Source: Candidatus Omnitrophota bacterium (GTDB lineage Bacteria; Omnitrophota; Gorgyraeia; B26-G9). From it: a stretch of DNA of 64,000 bases. Where the stretch lies: positions 33,973 to 97,972 of the forward strand of contig JAHITY010000124.1 in assembly GCA_018817165.1 (NCBI GenBank), read 5' to 3'. The notes beneath the pieces were generated by a model. That model was not told the DNA's origin and did no database searches. It saw nothing but the letters and a program-made list of their open reading frames with translations. The translations under genes were made by a program, and so were the position numbers. Shown here piece by piece: positions 37,501 to 47,614 of this stretch. Positions within the stretch are counted from its first letter, which is position 1. Every line of letters begins with the position of its first letter.

Positions 37501-38223
37501 ATGGATCTAGTTATTTATATTTTACCGATTGCTACTTTTTTTATCGGGAGCTTTATTGGTTATCGGATATATCGTAAAGAAGAACGGCTTAGGCATCGCC
37601 GTGTATGGATGCGCTTTGAGCGCAGGAATGTTATGCGCACGATAAATTCGCTTGTTTCCGCGATTGATTTTAAGGATAAACAGACGCGAAACCACTCTGA
37701 TAATGTTCGCCATTATGCTACAGCAATTGCCCAAGAGATGGGCTTATCTCAGGCCCAGATAGGTACGATTAAAGAAGCTTGTCAGGTTCATGATTTGGGT
37801 AAAATCGGAGTGCATGATAATATATTGACAAAGCCGGGGAAATTGACGGAAAGCGAATTCAAAGAGATGAAGTTGCATTCTTTGGCTGGAGCAGTAATTT
37901 TAAAGCCATTTCACTTTTTAGATAAAGTTGTGCTGATTGTTCGGCAGCATCATGAACGCTATGACGGTTTAGGGTATCCGGATGGCATAAAAGGCGACAA
38001 AATTGATATTGGAGCGAGAATAATGTCAGTAGCCGATAGTTTTGATGCTATGACCAGTAAACGCCCTTACCGTGAGCCGGTCAGCAAAGAAGAAGCTTTG
38101 GCTGAACTTGAGGCTTTTAGCGGAACTCAATTTGACCCAAAAGTTGTCGAAGTTTTTGTTAAGTTGATGAAGGTAAATGATGATTTATTTAAAAAAGCGG
38201 GAGAGTCTTCTGATGTCTTATGA
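37501..38223 (+). CDS. HD-GYP domain phosphodiesterase (putative c-di-GMP phosphodiesterase)
   Basis: HD motif (HSDNVRHYA...VHDLGKIGV) and HHERYDGLGYPDG (HD-GYP signature). N-terminal TM. 240 aa. Start directly abuts the rsfS stop. Confidence 0.8.
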   Translation: MDLVIYILPIATFFIGSFIGYRIYRKEERLRHRRVWMRFERRNVMRTINSLVSAIDFKDKQTRNHSDNVRHYATAIAQEMGLSQAQIGTIKEACQVHDLGKIGVHDNILTKPGKLTESEFKEMKLHSLAGAVILKPFHFLDKVVLIVRQHHERYDGLGYPDGIKGDKIDIGARIMSVADSFDAMTSKRPYREPVSKEEALAELEAFSGTQFDPKVVEVFVKLMKVNDDLFKKAGESSDVL

Positions 38224-39895
38224 TTTGAAAAATACAATTATTCAATTGTTTAAAGATATTATCCAGGAAAATTCTTTAACTAATCGAGATGTTTTGATTG
38301 AAATAGAAAATTCTAAAGAGCGACAATTCGGCGATTGGTCGGTGAATGCGGCTATGAAGTTAGTAAAAGATTGCAAAAAACCGCCGATGGCAATTGCTCA
38401 GTTTCTTGTCGAAAAAATAGAGGAAAAGCTTAAGCAAAAAAAACTGGATACTAAAATTGAAAAAATCGAGATAAAGGCTCCAGGATTTATTAATATTTTT
38501 ATTTCCTCTAAGGCCATGTACGATGTTCTGAGTATGATTCAAGATCAAGGTGATCACTTTGGTAGAATCGCCTTAAAAAATAAACAGAAAATTTTAATAG
38601 AATTTGTCAGCGCTAATCCCACTGGCCCTTTGAGTATTGCTCATGCCAGGCAAGCGGCAGTGGGTGAGAGTTTAGCCAGCATCCTTACTTTTTGCGGACA
38701 GACAGTTTCTAAAGAGTATTATATAAATGATGATGGGAATCAAATTAGAAATCTGGGATTAAGTCTATTGTTTCGCTATCAAGAAAAACTCGGTAAAAAG
38801 GATATTGATTTGCCGGAACAGGGATATAAAGGAGATTACTTAATTGAATTAGCGCAGCAGATGATCGATCTAGAGGGGGCTAAGTTTTTAAATGATAATA
38901 GCGAACCGACTATAAAAAAGTTTTCCGACTTTGCCGCTCAATCAATTCTTAAAGGAATTGAGCAGGAACTTAAAGGTTTTGGAGTTGAATTTGACCAATG
39001 GTTTAGTCAAAAAGACCATGTGACTAATGATAAGGTTAATCAAGTTTTAAATTATCTTAAGACCAAGAATTTAACTTATGAATTAGATGGTGCTACTTGG
39101 TTTAAGTCCACAGAATTCGGCGATGATAAAGATAGAGTAGTGATTAAAAGTGATGGATTGTTTACTTATCTTGCTCCGGATATAGCTTATCATAAAATGA
39201 AATTCGATCGCGGTTTTGACAAGCTGATTGATATTCTTGGTCCAGATCATCATGGTTATATAAACCGAATTAAAGCGGCCGCTTGTGCTTTAGGCCATAA
39301 TAAAAATGATTTAGAAGTTTTAATTATTCAGTTGGCCACATTGTCTCGTGCCGGTCAGCCGGTAAAAATGTCTACGCGTGCGGGTGAGTACATTACGCTT
39401 CAGGAATTGATTGAAGAAGTCGGCTGTGATGCTGCCAGATTTTTCTTTTTGATGCGCCGTTGTGATTCTCAGCTTGATTTTGATCTGGAGCTTGCCAAAA
39501 AACATAGTATGGATAATCCTGTGTATTATGTGCAGTATGCCCATGCCAGAATTTGCAGTATTTTTGAGGCTGCTAATAATTATAAAACTAAACTGGAAAA
39601 TACTCCAATTAATTTTGATCTTATTTCTGAGCCAGAAGCTTTTGATTTAATTCGTAAAATGAATGCTTTTTCTGATGTTCTTGAGATTTGCGCAAATAGC
39701 TTGGATCCTCAGCCATTGACTACTTATCTTAGGGAGTTGGCAGCTGATTTTCATGCTTTTTATAGTAAGTGTCGGGTTTTTGATGAAAGTCAATGGGAGC
39801 TGACTAAGGCGCGTTTAGTTTTAATTGAATGCGTTAAACGTGTTATTGCAATAGGCTTAAATCTTTTAGGAGTAAGTGCTCCTGAAAAAATGTAA
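38213..39895 (+). CDS. argS: Arginyl-tRNA synthetase
   Basis: Class I HIGH-type motif (SANPTGPLSIAHAR). Anticodon-binding DALR domain at the C-terminus. Start taken at the internal Met (MSYDLKN), so the overlap with the HD-GYP gene is only about 10 bp. Confidence 0.9.
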   Translation: MSYDLKNTIIQLFKDIIQENSLTNRDVLIEIENSKERQFGDWSVNAAMKLVKDCKKPPMAIAQFLVEKIEEKLKQKKLDTKIEKIEIKAPGFINIFISSKAMYDVLSMIQDQGDHFGRIALKNKQKILIEFVSANPTGPLSIAHARQAAVGESLASILTFCGQTVSKEYYINDDGNQIRNLGLSLLFRYQEKLGKKDIDLPEQGYKGDYLIELAQQMIDLEGAKFLNDNSEPTIKKFSDFAAQSILKGIEQELKGFGVEFDQWFSQKDHVTNDKVNQVLNYLKTKNLTYELDGATWFKSTEFGDDKDRVVIKSDGLFTYLAPDIAYHKMKFDRGFDKLIDILGPDHHGYINRIKAAACALGHNKNDLEVLIIQLATLSRAGQPVKMSTRAGEYITLQELIEEVGCDAARFFFLMRRCDSQLDFDLELAKKHSMDNPVYYVQYAHARICSIFEAANNYKTKLENTPINFDLISEPEAFDLIRKMNAFSDVLEICANSLDPQPLTTYLRELAADFHAFYSKCRVFDESQWELTKARLVLIECVKRVIAIGLNLLGVSAPEKM

Positions 39896-39914
39896 TATTT
39901 AGGCGGGTGATTGT

Positions 39915-41303
39915 ATGGAAAATAAATATGATTTAGTTGTCTTAGGCTCTGGTCCCGGAGGATATGTAGCTGCTTTACGTGCCGCGGCTTTGGGCAAATC
40001 AGTTTGTTTGATTGAAAAAGAAAAGATTGGCGGCGTTTGTCTTAATTGGGGCTGTATTCCCACTAAGAGTTTATTAAAAAGCGCGCATTTTTTTGATTCT
40101 TTAAAGAAATCTGAAATCTATGGAATTAAAATAAATCCGGAAAGTATTGCGCTTGATTTTCTAGCTGTTCAGCAAAGAAAAAAAGAAATAGTTGATAAGC
40201 TTATAAAAGGCATAGAGTTTTTATTGCAAAAACGTAATGTGCGAATAGTTAAGGGCCAGGGGAAATTTATTAATAAAAATAGGATTGATGTTGGTGGTGA
40301 AATAATCAATTTTGATAAATGTATTATTGCTACAGGATCATATCCGGCGGAATTAAAAAATATTAAATTTGATGATGCTTTGGGGATTGTTTCTAATCGC
40401 GGGGTATTGGGCTTTGCTACTGTTCCCAAAAGCTTGTTGATCATCGGGGGTGGAGTAATCGGTTGTGAATTTGCCGATATTTATTCTGCTTTGGGCAGTG
40501 AAATAACAATTGTGGAAGTGGCTGAGCAGATTTTACCCAATGAAGATAAAGATATTGTGAGAATTTTGTCCAATGATTTTAAAAAAAGAAAAATTAAAGT
40601 TCTGACTGCAAGCAAAGTTGAATCAGTTAATAAATCAGTGAGTAGTCAGAATCTTTTAATAAAGCTTTTTTCCGGACAGGAGTTGACCGCGGAAAAAGTT
40701 CTGTTGAGTGTAGGTAGAATTCCGAATATTGGTAATTGTGGTTTGGAAAAACTGGGAGTAAAGATAAGCGATGGAAGAATCGCGGTGAATGAGCAGATGC
40801 AGACAAGTATCAGCACAATCTATGCGATTGGAGATGTTGTCGGCAAAAACTTTTTAGCTCATGTTGCCAGTCATCAGGGGATTATTGCTGCTGAGCATGT
40901 TTCTGGCATTGATGTCGCGATGAATTATGATTTTATTCCGCGGTGTGTTTATACTAATCCTGAGATTGCAAGTATTGGTATATCTCAGGAACAGGCGGAA
41001 AAATCTGGTTTAAAAATTAAGATCGGAAAATTTCCTTTGCTTGCTTCAGGGCGGGCATTGATTGAAAATGATTCTAAAGGCATGATAAAAATTATTGTTC
41101 AGGCTGAGGACGATCGAATAATTGGTGCTGGCTTGTGCGGATCAATGGCAACTGAGATTGTGCATGAAATTGCTGTAGCAATGAATGCCGGATTAACAGC
41201 AAAGCAGCTAGCAGGTTTTATCCATGCTCATCCTACGATATCTGAATCAATTATGGAAGCAGCATTAGACGCGGATGATAATGCGATTCATTTGATAAAA
41301 TAA
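39915..41303 (+). CDS. lpdA: Dihydrolipoyl dehydrogenase
   Basis: FAD motif DLVVLGSGPGGYVAA. Redox-active disulfide GGVCLNWGCIPTK. C-terminal HAHPT dimerisation/catalytic His. 462 aa. Confidence 0.9.
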   Translation: MENKYDLVVLGSGPGGYVAALRAAALGKSVCLIEKEKIGGVCLNWGCIPTKSLLKSAHFFDSLKKSEIYGIKINPESIALDFLAVQQRKKEIVDKLIKGIEFLLQKRNVRIVKGQGKFINKNRIDVGGEIINFDKCIIATGSYPAELKNIKFDDALGIVSNRGVLGFATVPKSLLIIGGGVIGCEFADIYSALGSEITIVEVAEQILPNEDKDIVRILSNDFKKRKIKVLTASKVESVNKSVSSQNLLIKLFSGQELTAEKVLLSVGRIPNIGNCGLEKLGVKISDGRIAVNEQMQTSISTIYAIGDVVGKNFLAHVASHQGIIAAEHVSGIDVAMNYDFIPRCVYTNPEIASIGISQEQAEKSGLKIKIGKFPLLASGRALIENDSKGMIKIIVQAEDDRIIGAGLCGSMATEIVHEIAVAMNAGLTAKQLAGFIHAHPTISESIMEAALDADDNAIHLIK

Positions 41304-41477
41304 GAAAAATAGAAAACAATAATATAAACAAATGTTTTAGGTTATTTGATAACTTGATAAAAAAACTTTAAAATACTGAAAATGCAGCTTGAAAATAAAG
41401 CGTTATCATGTTAGGATTAATGGTGTTAAGATTACTAAGTTTGATGTTGAAAATTAAGCTAAATCGGAGGATATAAA

Positions 41478-41717
41478 ATGCAAGAAATACTTATGCCGGC
41501 ATTGGGAGAAGATATAGAAGAAGCAACAATATCATTTTGGCATGTTGAAGCAGGAGAACATGTAGCGAAGGGTGCTGATATCGTGGAAGTAACCACTGAT
41601 AAAAGCACTTTTAATGTGGTAGCGCCATGTACCGGGGTTATAACGGAAATCCTTTGTTTGGAAGGTGAATCAGTGGCAGTAGGTGAAGTTTTAGCCCGCA
41701 TGGAAGAGGAGAATTAA
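41478..41717 (+). CDS. Stand-alone lipoyl-attachment domain protein (E2-type lipoyl domain, 79 aa)
   Basis: EDIEEATISFWHVEAGEHVAKGADIVEVTTDKSTFNVVAPCTGVI, the lipoyl-lysine TDK motif in a hybrid-barrel context. Possible sigma-70 promoter TTGATA-N17-TAAAAT at 41346-41374. Confidence 0.65.
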   Translation: MQEILMPALGEDIEEATISFWHVEAGEHVAKGADIVEVTTDKSTFNVVAPCTGVITEILCLEGESVAVGEVLARMEEEN

Positions 41718-41718
41718 A

Positions 41719-42204
41719 ATGGATAGAATATTAGAGATTCTGGAAAAAGATGCTAGGATTACCCCTGAAGAAATTGCTCAGTTGATTAAACAGGATGTTA
41801 AAACTGTAAAAAAGCAAATTAAAAAATTTGAAAAAGACGGAGTTATCCTAAGATATAAAACGATTGTTAATAAAGAAATGGTTGTGGAAAAGAATAATGA
41901 ATTAAGAGCTTTAATTGAAGTGACTATTCTTCCGCAGAAAAATCTGGGATTTGATCATATTGCCGAAAGAATTTATCAGTTTCCGGAAGTTGCTAGCTGT
42001 TCTTTGCTTTCCGGAACATATGATTTGCTTTTAATCGTTGAAGGCAAAGATATGCAGACAATCTCAAATTTTGTCGCGGAAAAACTTTCACCTATGGAAA
42101 ATGTGCGCGGAACAGTTACTCATTTTTTGCTGAAAAAATATAAGGAAGATGGAGTAATCTTAAAACGCAAGGAAGAAAATAAGCGGATAGCAATATCATA
42201 TTAA
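41719..42204 (+). CDS. Lrp/AsnC-family transcriptional regulator
   Basis: N-terminal HTH (DRILEILEKDARITPEEIAQLI) and a C-terminal RAM/ACT-like domain. 161 aa. Confidence 0.8.
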   Translation: MDRILEILEKDARITPEEIAQLIKQDVKTVKKQIKKFEKDGVILRYKTIVNKEMVVEKNNELRALIEVTILPQKNLGFDHIAERIYQFPEVASCSLLSGTYDLLLIVEGKDMQTISNFVAEKLSPMENVRGTVTHFLLKKYKEDGVILKRKEENKRIAISY

Positions 42205-42229
42205 TTAACAGCAGTAAACGGAGAATTTT

Positions 42230-43402
42230 GTGAAGAATAGAAATTTTGTAGCTGAAAAAGTTGAAAAATTAGCTCCTTCGGGAATCAGAGCTTTTTTTGA
42301 TCTTGTTCTAGGAATGAAGGATGTTATCAGTTTGGGTGTTGGAGAACCGGATTTTGTGACTCCCTGGAATATTCGAGAGACTGGGATTTTTTCTCTGGAA
42401 CAAGGATATACCTCATATACCTCGAATAAAGGTTTATATAAACTTAGATTATTGATTCAAAGATCGTTAAAACAGCTCTATGGCTTAAACTATTCGCCGG
42501 ATGATGATATCTTGATTACTGTTGGAGTAAGCGAGGCTCTGGATTTGGCTGTGCGGGCAATTTTAAACCCAGGGGAGCAGATCATCATTCCTGAACCATG
42601 TTATGTTTCTTATGGGCCTGTGGTTGAGTTGGCTGGCGGTGTTCCGGTATATTTACCTACTACGGCTAAAGAAGGTTTTAAGATAACTGCGGCTAAACTT
42701 GAAAAAGTTTGCAATAATCGAACAAAAGGAATAATTTTAAATTATCCTTCTAACCCGACTGGTTCTACTTATAATAAAAAAGAACTGGAAGCGATTAGTC
42801 GGGTTTGTTTGAAACATAATTTAGTTGTTATTAGCGACGAGGTATATGGTGATTTAACTTATACAGGAAAGCATCTTCCTTTTCCCTGTTTAAAGGGCGC
42901 TCAAGCAAATACCTTGTATCTTAATGGTTTTTCAAAAGCTTATGCCATGACTGGATGGAGGGTGGGGTATGCTTGCGGCCCTAAATCAATAATTTCGGCA
43001 ATGACTAAAATTCATCAATATACGATTCTTTGCGCGCCTATTCTCAGCCAAATGGCTGCGTGTGAAGCCTTGCAAACAGGTAAAAAAAGTTTGGAAGATA
43101 TGAAAAAAGAATACAATCGCAGAAGGGATTTTATGCATAATGGCTTAAATAAAATCGGACTTTCTTGCGAAATGCCTCAAGGAGCTTTTTATATTTTTCC
43201 TTCTATTAAAAAAACCGGACTTAGTTCTCTTGATTTTGCTAATAAGCTTTTAAAACAGCAAAAAGTGGCAGTTGTTCCCGGGGTTGCTTTTGGTAAAGAT
43301 TATGACGAGCATATTCGGATATCTTATGCGACAAATTACTCAAAACTGCAAGAAGCAATTAAATGTTTGGAAGTCTTTGTCGAAAATTGTACAAAAAAAT
43401 AG
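42230..43402 (+). CDS. Class I/II pyridoxal-phosphate aminotransferase (aspartate/aromatic type)
   Basis: LGVGEPDF. NPTG. PLP lysine region (NGFSKAYAMTGWRVGY). 390 aa. Confidence 0.85.
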   Translation: MKNRNFVAEKVEKLAPSGIRAFFDLVLGMKDVISLGVGEPDFVTPWNIRETGIFSLEQGYTSYTSNKGLYKLRLLIQRSLKQLYGLNYSPDDDILITVGVSEALDLAVRAILNPGEQIIIPEPCYVSYGPVVELAGGVPVYLPTTAKEGFKITAAKLEKVCNNRTKGIILNYPSNPTGSTYNKKELEAISRVCLKHNLVVISDEVYGDLTYTGKHLPFPCLKGAQANTLYLNGFSKAYAMTGWRVGYACGPKSIISAMTKIHQYTILCAPILSQMAACEALQTGKKSLEDMKKEYNRRRDFMHNGLNKIGLSCEMPQGAFYIFPSIKKTGLSSLDFANKLLKQQKVAVVPGVAFGKDYDEHIRISYATNYSKLQEAIKCLEVFVENCTKK

Positions 43403-43413
43403 CAGGAGGATAA

Positions 43414-43917
43414 ATGAGCCAGATAGTTTTTAGAAAAGCATTATTGATTATTTTAAGTTTATTAATTTTTTCTGGGTTAACCAGTCAGTGTTTTTCTTTA
43501 AATGACAGTGATCTTTTTGGCAATAATAGCGGTTTGTCTATCGAGGCCCTAACAGACAGAATGATTTATAAGACAGATCAGGAAGTTGTAGTTACCGTTT
43601 ATCTTAAAAATAAGACAGAAGAGCCGATTGATATTGTTGAGCCAGCTATTGATAAATCATCATTTATGTTTGAAATAGTTTATCCTGATGGCAAGAAGGA
43701 CAAGATGATTGGTATCCACGGGGTAAAATTAGAAACTATTAGGTTGTATCCTAAAAAAAGAATTAAATTTACAGCAAAATTTTTGCCGGAGACTCCTGGT
43801 AATTACGATATTAATGTCAAGTATAATGGGTATAAAACCCCGCTTAGCTTTCTTGCAATGAGGGTATTTGTAGTGGGAAATTTAGCACAGAAAGATATTA
43901 CCCTAGGGGTAGAATAA
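43414..43917 (+). CDS. Secreted hypothetical protein
   Basis: Signal peptide (LLIILSLLIFSGLTSQCFS), beta-rich. No recognised motif. Confidence 0.4.
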   Translation: MSQIVFRKALLIILSLLIFSGLTSQCFSLNDSDLFGNNSGLSIEALTDRMIYKTDQEVVVTVYLKNKTEEPIDIVEPAIDKSSFMFEIVYPDGKKDKMIGIHGVKLETIRLYPKKRIKFTAKFLPETPGNYDINVKYNGYKTPLSFLAMRVFVVGNLAQKDITLGVE

Positions 43918-43921
43918 ATTT

Positions 43922-45877
43922 CTAGAGGCCTTCTCTTAATTGTTTTTCCGCATCAACTTCATTACGATTAATCATTTCCAATGATCGGGAAATATTCTGT
44001 TTAAAATTATTGCTGATAAATGGAATAGCTCGTAATTGTCTAAGGATTTGAATAACCATCCTGAAATATCTGACTATTTCTCCGGGATCAGCATTTGTCC
44101 CTTCACTGATTACAGCCAGAGATTCATTGTGTGACCATTTTTCTACGGCTGCAGAAAGATTAAAGAAAGGTTTTTTTGTTAAAGGCCGGATTTTATGTCT
44201 TTTTTCTATTTTTAAAATATCTTCAACTACCGGAGATAATGCTTTGTGTATTTGAATTATCTGGTGGGGGAGTTTAAGATTTAATTGATTTTTTCTCGGT
44301 TCAAAAACTAAAGATGTGAGCACAATATTAAGATCAATGCTTGATAGTTCTTCCAGAACTCCGCAGAAGAAAAGTTCAGTTAAAAGCAGTTCATATCCAT
44401 AAATTGAAGAAGCGAATTTTCCTTTATCAGTAAGTTTATGATCTCGGATATAGTCCATCTCTTTAAGTAATCTTATTTTTGTATGCAGAATCTCTAAAGC
44501 TTTTTTCCGCGAGCGTTTATTGGCTTGATAAAAATGAAGAGTTTGCGGATAAACCTCATATAATTTATCCTGCCATTTTTGATAAAGATGTAGTAGACTG
44601 GCATAAGATAAATTAAATTGACTGAGCACTGGTTCTGGTTGTGAAAAGATCATTTTATTTATTTGATCCAATTCAATGCGCAGAGGATTTATCCTCGAAT
44701 AAACAAAACCTTCAGTGTCAATGCCGCGACGCCCGGCACGACCAGCCATTTGATAATAATCTCGGGTTCTCAGATTAGCAAAGAACTGACCATAAAACTT
44801 ACGCAGTTCATCAAAGATCACTGTTCTTGCCGGCATATTAATTCCCAAAGCAAAAGTTTCGGTAGTGAAAATAAGTTTAATTAGCCGACTGGTAAATAAT
44901 TGTTCAACAACTTCCTTTAAACTGGGTAATAATCCCGCATGATGATAGGCTACTCCGTTTTCAACTAAACTACGCATTTTTATTGCCGACGGCTCTTTAG
45001 TTAAACCATATTTCTTAAGCAAATTAGCAAAGATATCCTTTAATTCTGCTTTTTCCTGAGCATCGAGAAAATTAAAACATCTGCTTTCATAAGCCAGTTT
45101 TTCACAGCGTTTGCGACTAAAAGCAAAGTAGATTGCCGGCATTTTGTCATTTTCTTGTAAATGACAAAGGAGTGAGGATATCTTATTGGCTGAACCAGTT
45201 TTTTCTTCATGGCTAAAATTTCGAAAAGAATGATGCTTTTTCGAGCGGGGATGTGATTTTTTTCCCTGTCTGTAAATATTTTTTTTAAGCTGTTCAAAAT
45301 CATCGAGAACTCGGTTGTGGGCCTGAAAACAATGATGCAAGGGAACCGGACGTTTTTTTTCAATTATGGTTTCAACCGGATGTTTATGGATATTTCTAAT
45401 CCAAGAAGATAATTGGATCGCATTGGGAATAGTAGCACTCAGTGCGAGGATTTTTATATGTTCGGGACAAAAGATAATTGATTCCTCCCAAACAGTGCCT
45501 CTTTCCGGATCATCAATATAATGGATCTCATCAAAAATAACCCAGGATATGTTTTTCAGCCGCTTTGGGTCTTCGAGTAAGGTATTGCGAAAGATCTCAG
45601 TGGTCATGATTAATATCGGGGCATTAGCGTTTAAACTGACATCACCAGTAAGGATTCCAATATGTTTGCCGTATTTGCGGGAAAAATCACGAAATTTCTG
45701 ATTGGATAGAGCTTTTATCGGGGCAGTATAAACAATACCTTTATTTTCCGCTATACACTTCTCAATAACATATTCCGCAATAGCGGTTTTTCCGGCACCG
45801 GTAGGAGCGCAGACAATTACGGAATTGCCGCTATCTGTACTGTTTATTGCGCGTTTTTGAAATGGGTCATATATCAT
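43922..45877 (-). CDS. Ski2-like superfamily-2 DEAD/DEAH-box helicase (HelY/Lhr-like)
   Basis: Motif I CAPTGAGKT. Motif II DEIH. Motif III SAT. Motif VI QMAGRAGRRG. 651 aa. The only long minus-strand gene in a + strand block. Confidence 0.8.
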   Translation of the reverse strand: MIYDPFQKRAINSTDSGNSVIVCAPTGAGKTAIAEYVIEKCIAENKGIVYTAPIKALSNQKFRDFSRKYGKHIGILTGDVSLNANAPILIMTTEIFRNTLLEDPKRLKNISWVIFDEIHYIDDPERGTVWEESIIFCPEHIKILALSATIPNAIQLSSWIRNIHKHPVETIIEKKRPVPLHHCFQAHNRVLDDFEQLKKNIYRQGKKSHPRSKKHHSFRNFSHEEKTGSANKISSLLCHLQENDKMPAIYFAFSRKRCEKLAYESRCFNFLDAQEKAELKDIFANLLKKYGLTKEPSAIKMRSLVENGVAYHHAGLLPSLKEVVEQLFTSRLIKLIFTTETFALGINMPARTVIFDELRKFYGQFFANLRTRDYYQMAGRAGRRGIDTEGFVYSRINPLRIELDQINKMIFSQPEPVLSQFNLSYASLLHLYQKWQDKLYEVYPQTLHFYQANKRSRKKALEILHTKIRLLKEMDYIRDHKLTDKGKFASSIYGYELLLTELFFCGVLEELSSIDLNIVLTSLVFEPRKNQLNLKLPHQIIQIHKALSPVVEDILKIEKRHKIRPLTKKPFFNLSAAVEKWSHNESLAVISEGTNADPGEIVRYFRMVIQILRQLRAIPFISNNFKQNISRSLEMINRNEVDAEKQLREGL

Positions 45878-45984
45878 ATTAATTTAATTATAGGTTAAAT
45901 CAGCCTATAAAACAATGTAATTATTTAATTTCGTAGAATTACTTCTTTACAAATATGTGCTAACATGCTATTATCTAAAATGTT

Positions 45985-46605
45985 ATGAAAGAAAAAAATA
46001 ATAATAATCTTACACTGGAAGAAGTAGATATTCTTAAAGAAGTGGGAAATATTTGTGTTGGAAATTCAACCAGTATTCTCTCCCAACTCCTTGGTGGAGC
46101 TGTTGATGTGCATTTACCAGGTCTTGATTTATTATCAGCCAAAGAATTGTCTAATTATATCAAAGAAAAAGGCAAAATGGTTTATGGTGTTCATGCGCAG
46201 CTTAGTGGTTGTCTTGAAGGGACTATATTTTTGCTTTTCCCAGAAAAAGATTTACTTAAGATTATCGGCAAGTTCTTGAAAGATGTTGAAGTAGAGGGTG
46301 CGGAATCAATAAAATTTGGCATTTCAATTATTAAAGAAATATCGGGAATATCTATTTTTTCTTATATCAATACATTAAGTTCAATGATTCGCAAACTGAT
46401 TACAACTTCTGTGCCTAATTTTTTAAGCGGTTCTGCTGATGAATTATTAAACATGATAATTCGGGAACAAGAACAGTTGGGAAGTATTTGTATTATTCAT
46501 ACTACTTTTAAAGAAAAAAGTATGGAGATAGAAGGTAGTTACTATCTAATTCTGAATAAAATATCCGCAGACATCCTTGTTGACTTTATGCGTAATCCAG
46601 TATAG
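45985..46605 (+). CDS. CheC/CheX-like phosphatase-fold protein
   Basis: LTLEEVDILKEVGNICVGNSTSILSQLLG resembles the CheC consensus (D/S-x3-E-x2-N-x...). The second half (ISIIKEISGISIFSYINTLSSMI) is a degenerate repeat. 206 aa. Confidence 0.5.
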   Translation: MKEKNNNNLTLEEVDILKEVGNICVGNSTSILSQLLGGAVDVHLPGLDLLSAKELSNYIKEKGKMVYGVHAQLSGCLEGTIFLLFPEKDLLKIIGKFLKDVEVEGAESIKFGISIIKEISGISIFSYINTLSSMIRKLITTSVPNFLSGSADELLNMIIREQEQLGSICIIHTTFKEKSMEIEGSYYLILNKISADILVDFMRNPV

Positions 46606-46648
46606 TTATTTAAACTAAAAATCCTAGGAAAAGTTAAAACAAAATAAT

Positions 46649-47614
46649 ATGGAATTTCTGCTTACATTCTACAGCGTTTTCACAGCAATGCTCCAGATTT
46701 TCACAATAGCGCTTTGCGGTTTTTTATTTTATAAATGGAAATTACTCGATAAATCAGCGATTACCGGTTTATCTAATCTGAGTATAAATCTTTTTCTGCC
46801 GGCGATGATATTCAGTCATTTAATTAAAAAATTTAGTTTTACTGATCCTCTAGACTGGTGGCTTTATCCTTTTTTAGGGATGATAGTTTGTTTGATTGGT
46901 TTTATTGTGGCCAAGGTTTTTCTCCAATTTGATAAAAGCATAGTTGAAAAAAATAAATTAGCGAGTATTGTTTCCTTTCAGAACTGTGGTTATTTACCAT
47001 TAATTTTAGTGATGTCTATTTTCCCAGAAAAACAAACAGCACTCTTGTTTACCTATATATTTCTTTTTATCCAGGGCTATAATCTTATATTCTGGAGCTT
47101 TGGCATTCAGTTTTTAAACAGTGATAAAAAAACAAAGTTTGAATTTAAGAAAATATTAAATCCGCCTTTTTTAGCTTTAATCTTTGCCGGGTTAATTCTT
47201 GGCTTAAATCTTAAAACTTATATTCCAACAATATTTTTACAGTCAACTGAATTGGTCGGTGGATGCACGTTGCCGGTTGCTTTGATTGTTTTAGGATCTA
47301 TTTTAGCGGCTTGTGAAGGGGGCAAAGCTTATAAATTAAATGCTGTTTTGCTGATAAAAACAGTTATCTTGAAATTAGTAGTTGTTCCGACGATTGTTTT
47401 AATCCTGGTCGTGTTTTTGAAATTACCTAAATATATGTCAATATTATTGCTGATTGAAGCGGCTATGCCCGCGGCAATTAATCTCAGTGTGGTCTCTTTT
47501 AAGCAAAGTGAAACATGCGGATATATAACTCAGGCAGTATTTTTAACCCATGTTTGCGGGATTATCACTGTCCCTTTGGCGATAGCCATCATGTCTTTTT
47601 TTATCCCGCTCTGA
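46649..47614 (+). CDS. AEC (auxin efflux carrier / malate permease) family transporter
   Basis: About 10 TMs in two 5-helix halves. N-terminus MEFLLTFYSVFTAMLQIFTIALCGFLF is typical of the family. 321 aa. Confidence 0.7.
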   Translation: MEFLLTFYSVFTAMLQIFTIALCGFLFYKWKLLDKSAITGLSNLSINLFLPAMIFSHLIKKFSFTDPLDWWLYPFLGMIVCLIGFIVAKVFLQFDKSIVEKNKLASIVSFQNCGYLPLILVMSIFPEKQTALLFTYIFLFIQGYNLIFWSFGIQFLNSDKKTKFEFKKILNPPFLALIFAGLILGLNLKTYIPTIFLQSTELVGGCTLPVALIVLGSILAACEGGKAYKLNAVLLIKTVILKLVVVPTIVLILVVFLKLPKYMSILLLIEAAMPAAINLSVVSFKQSETCGYITQAVFLTHVCGIITVPLAIAIMSFFIPL

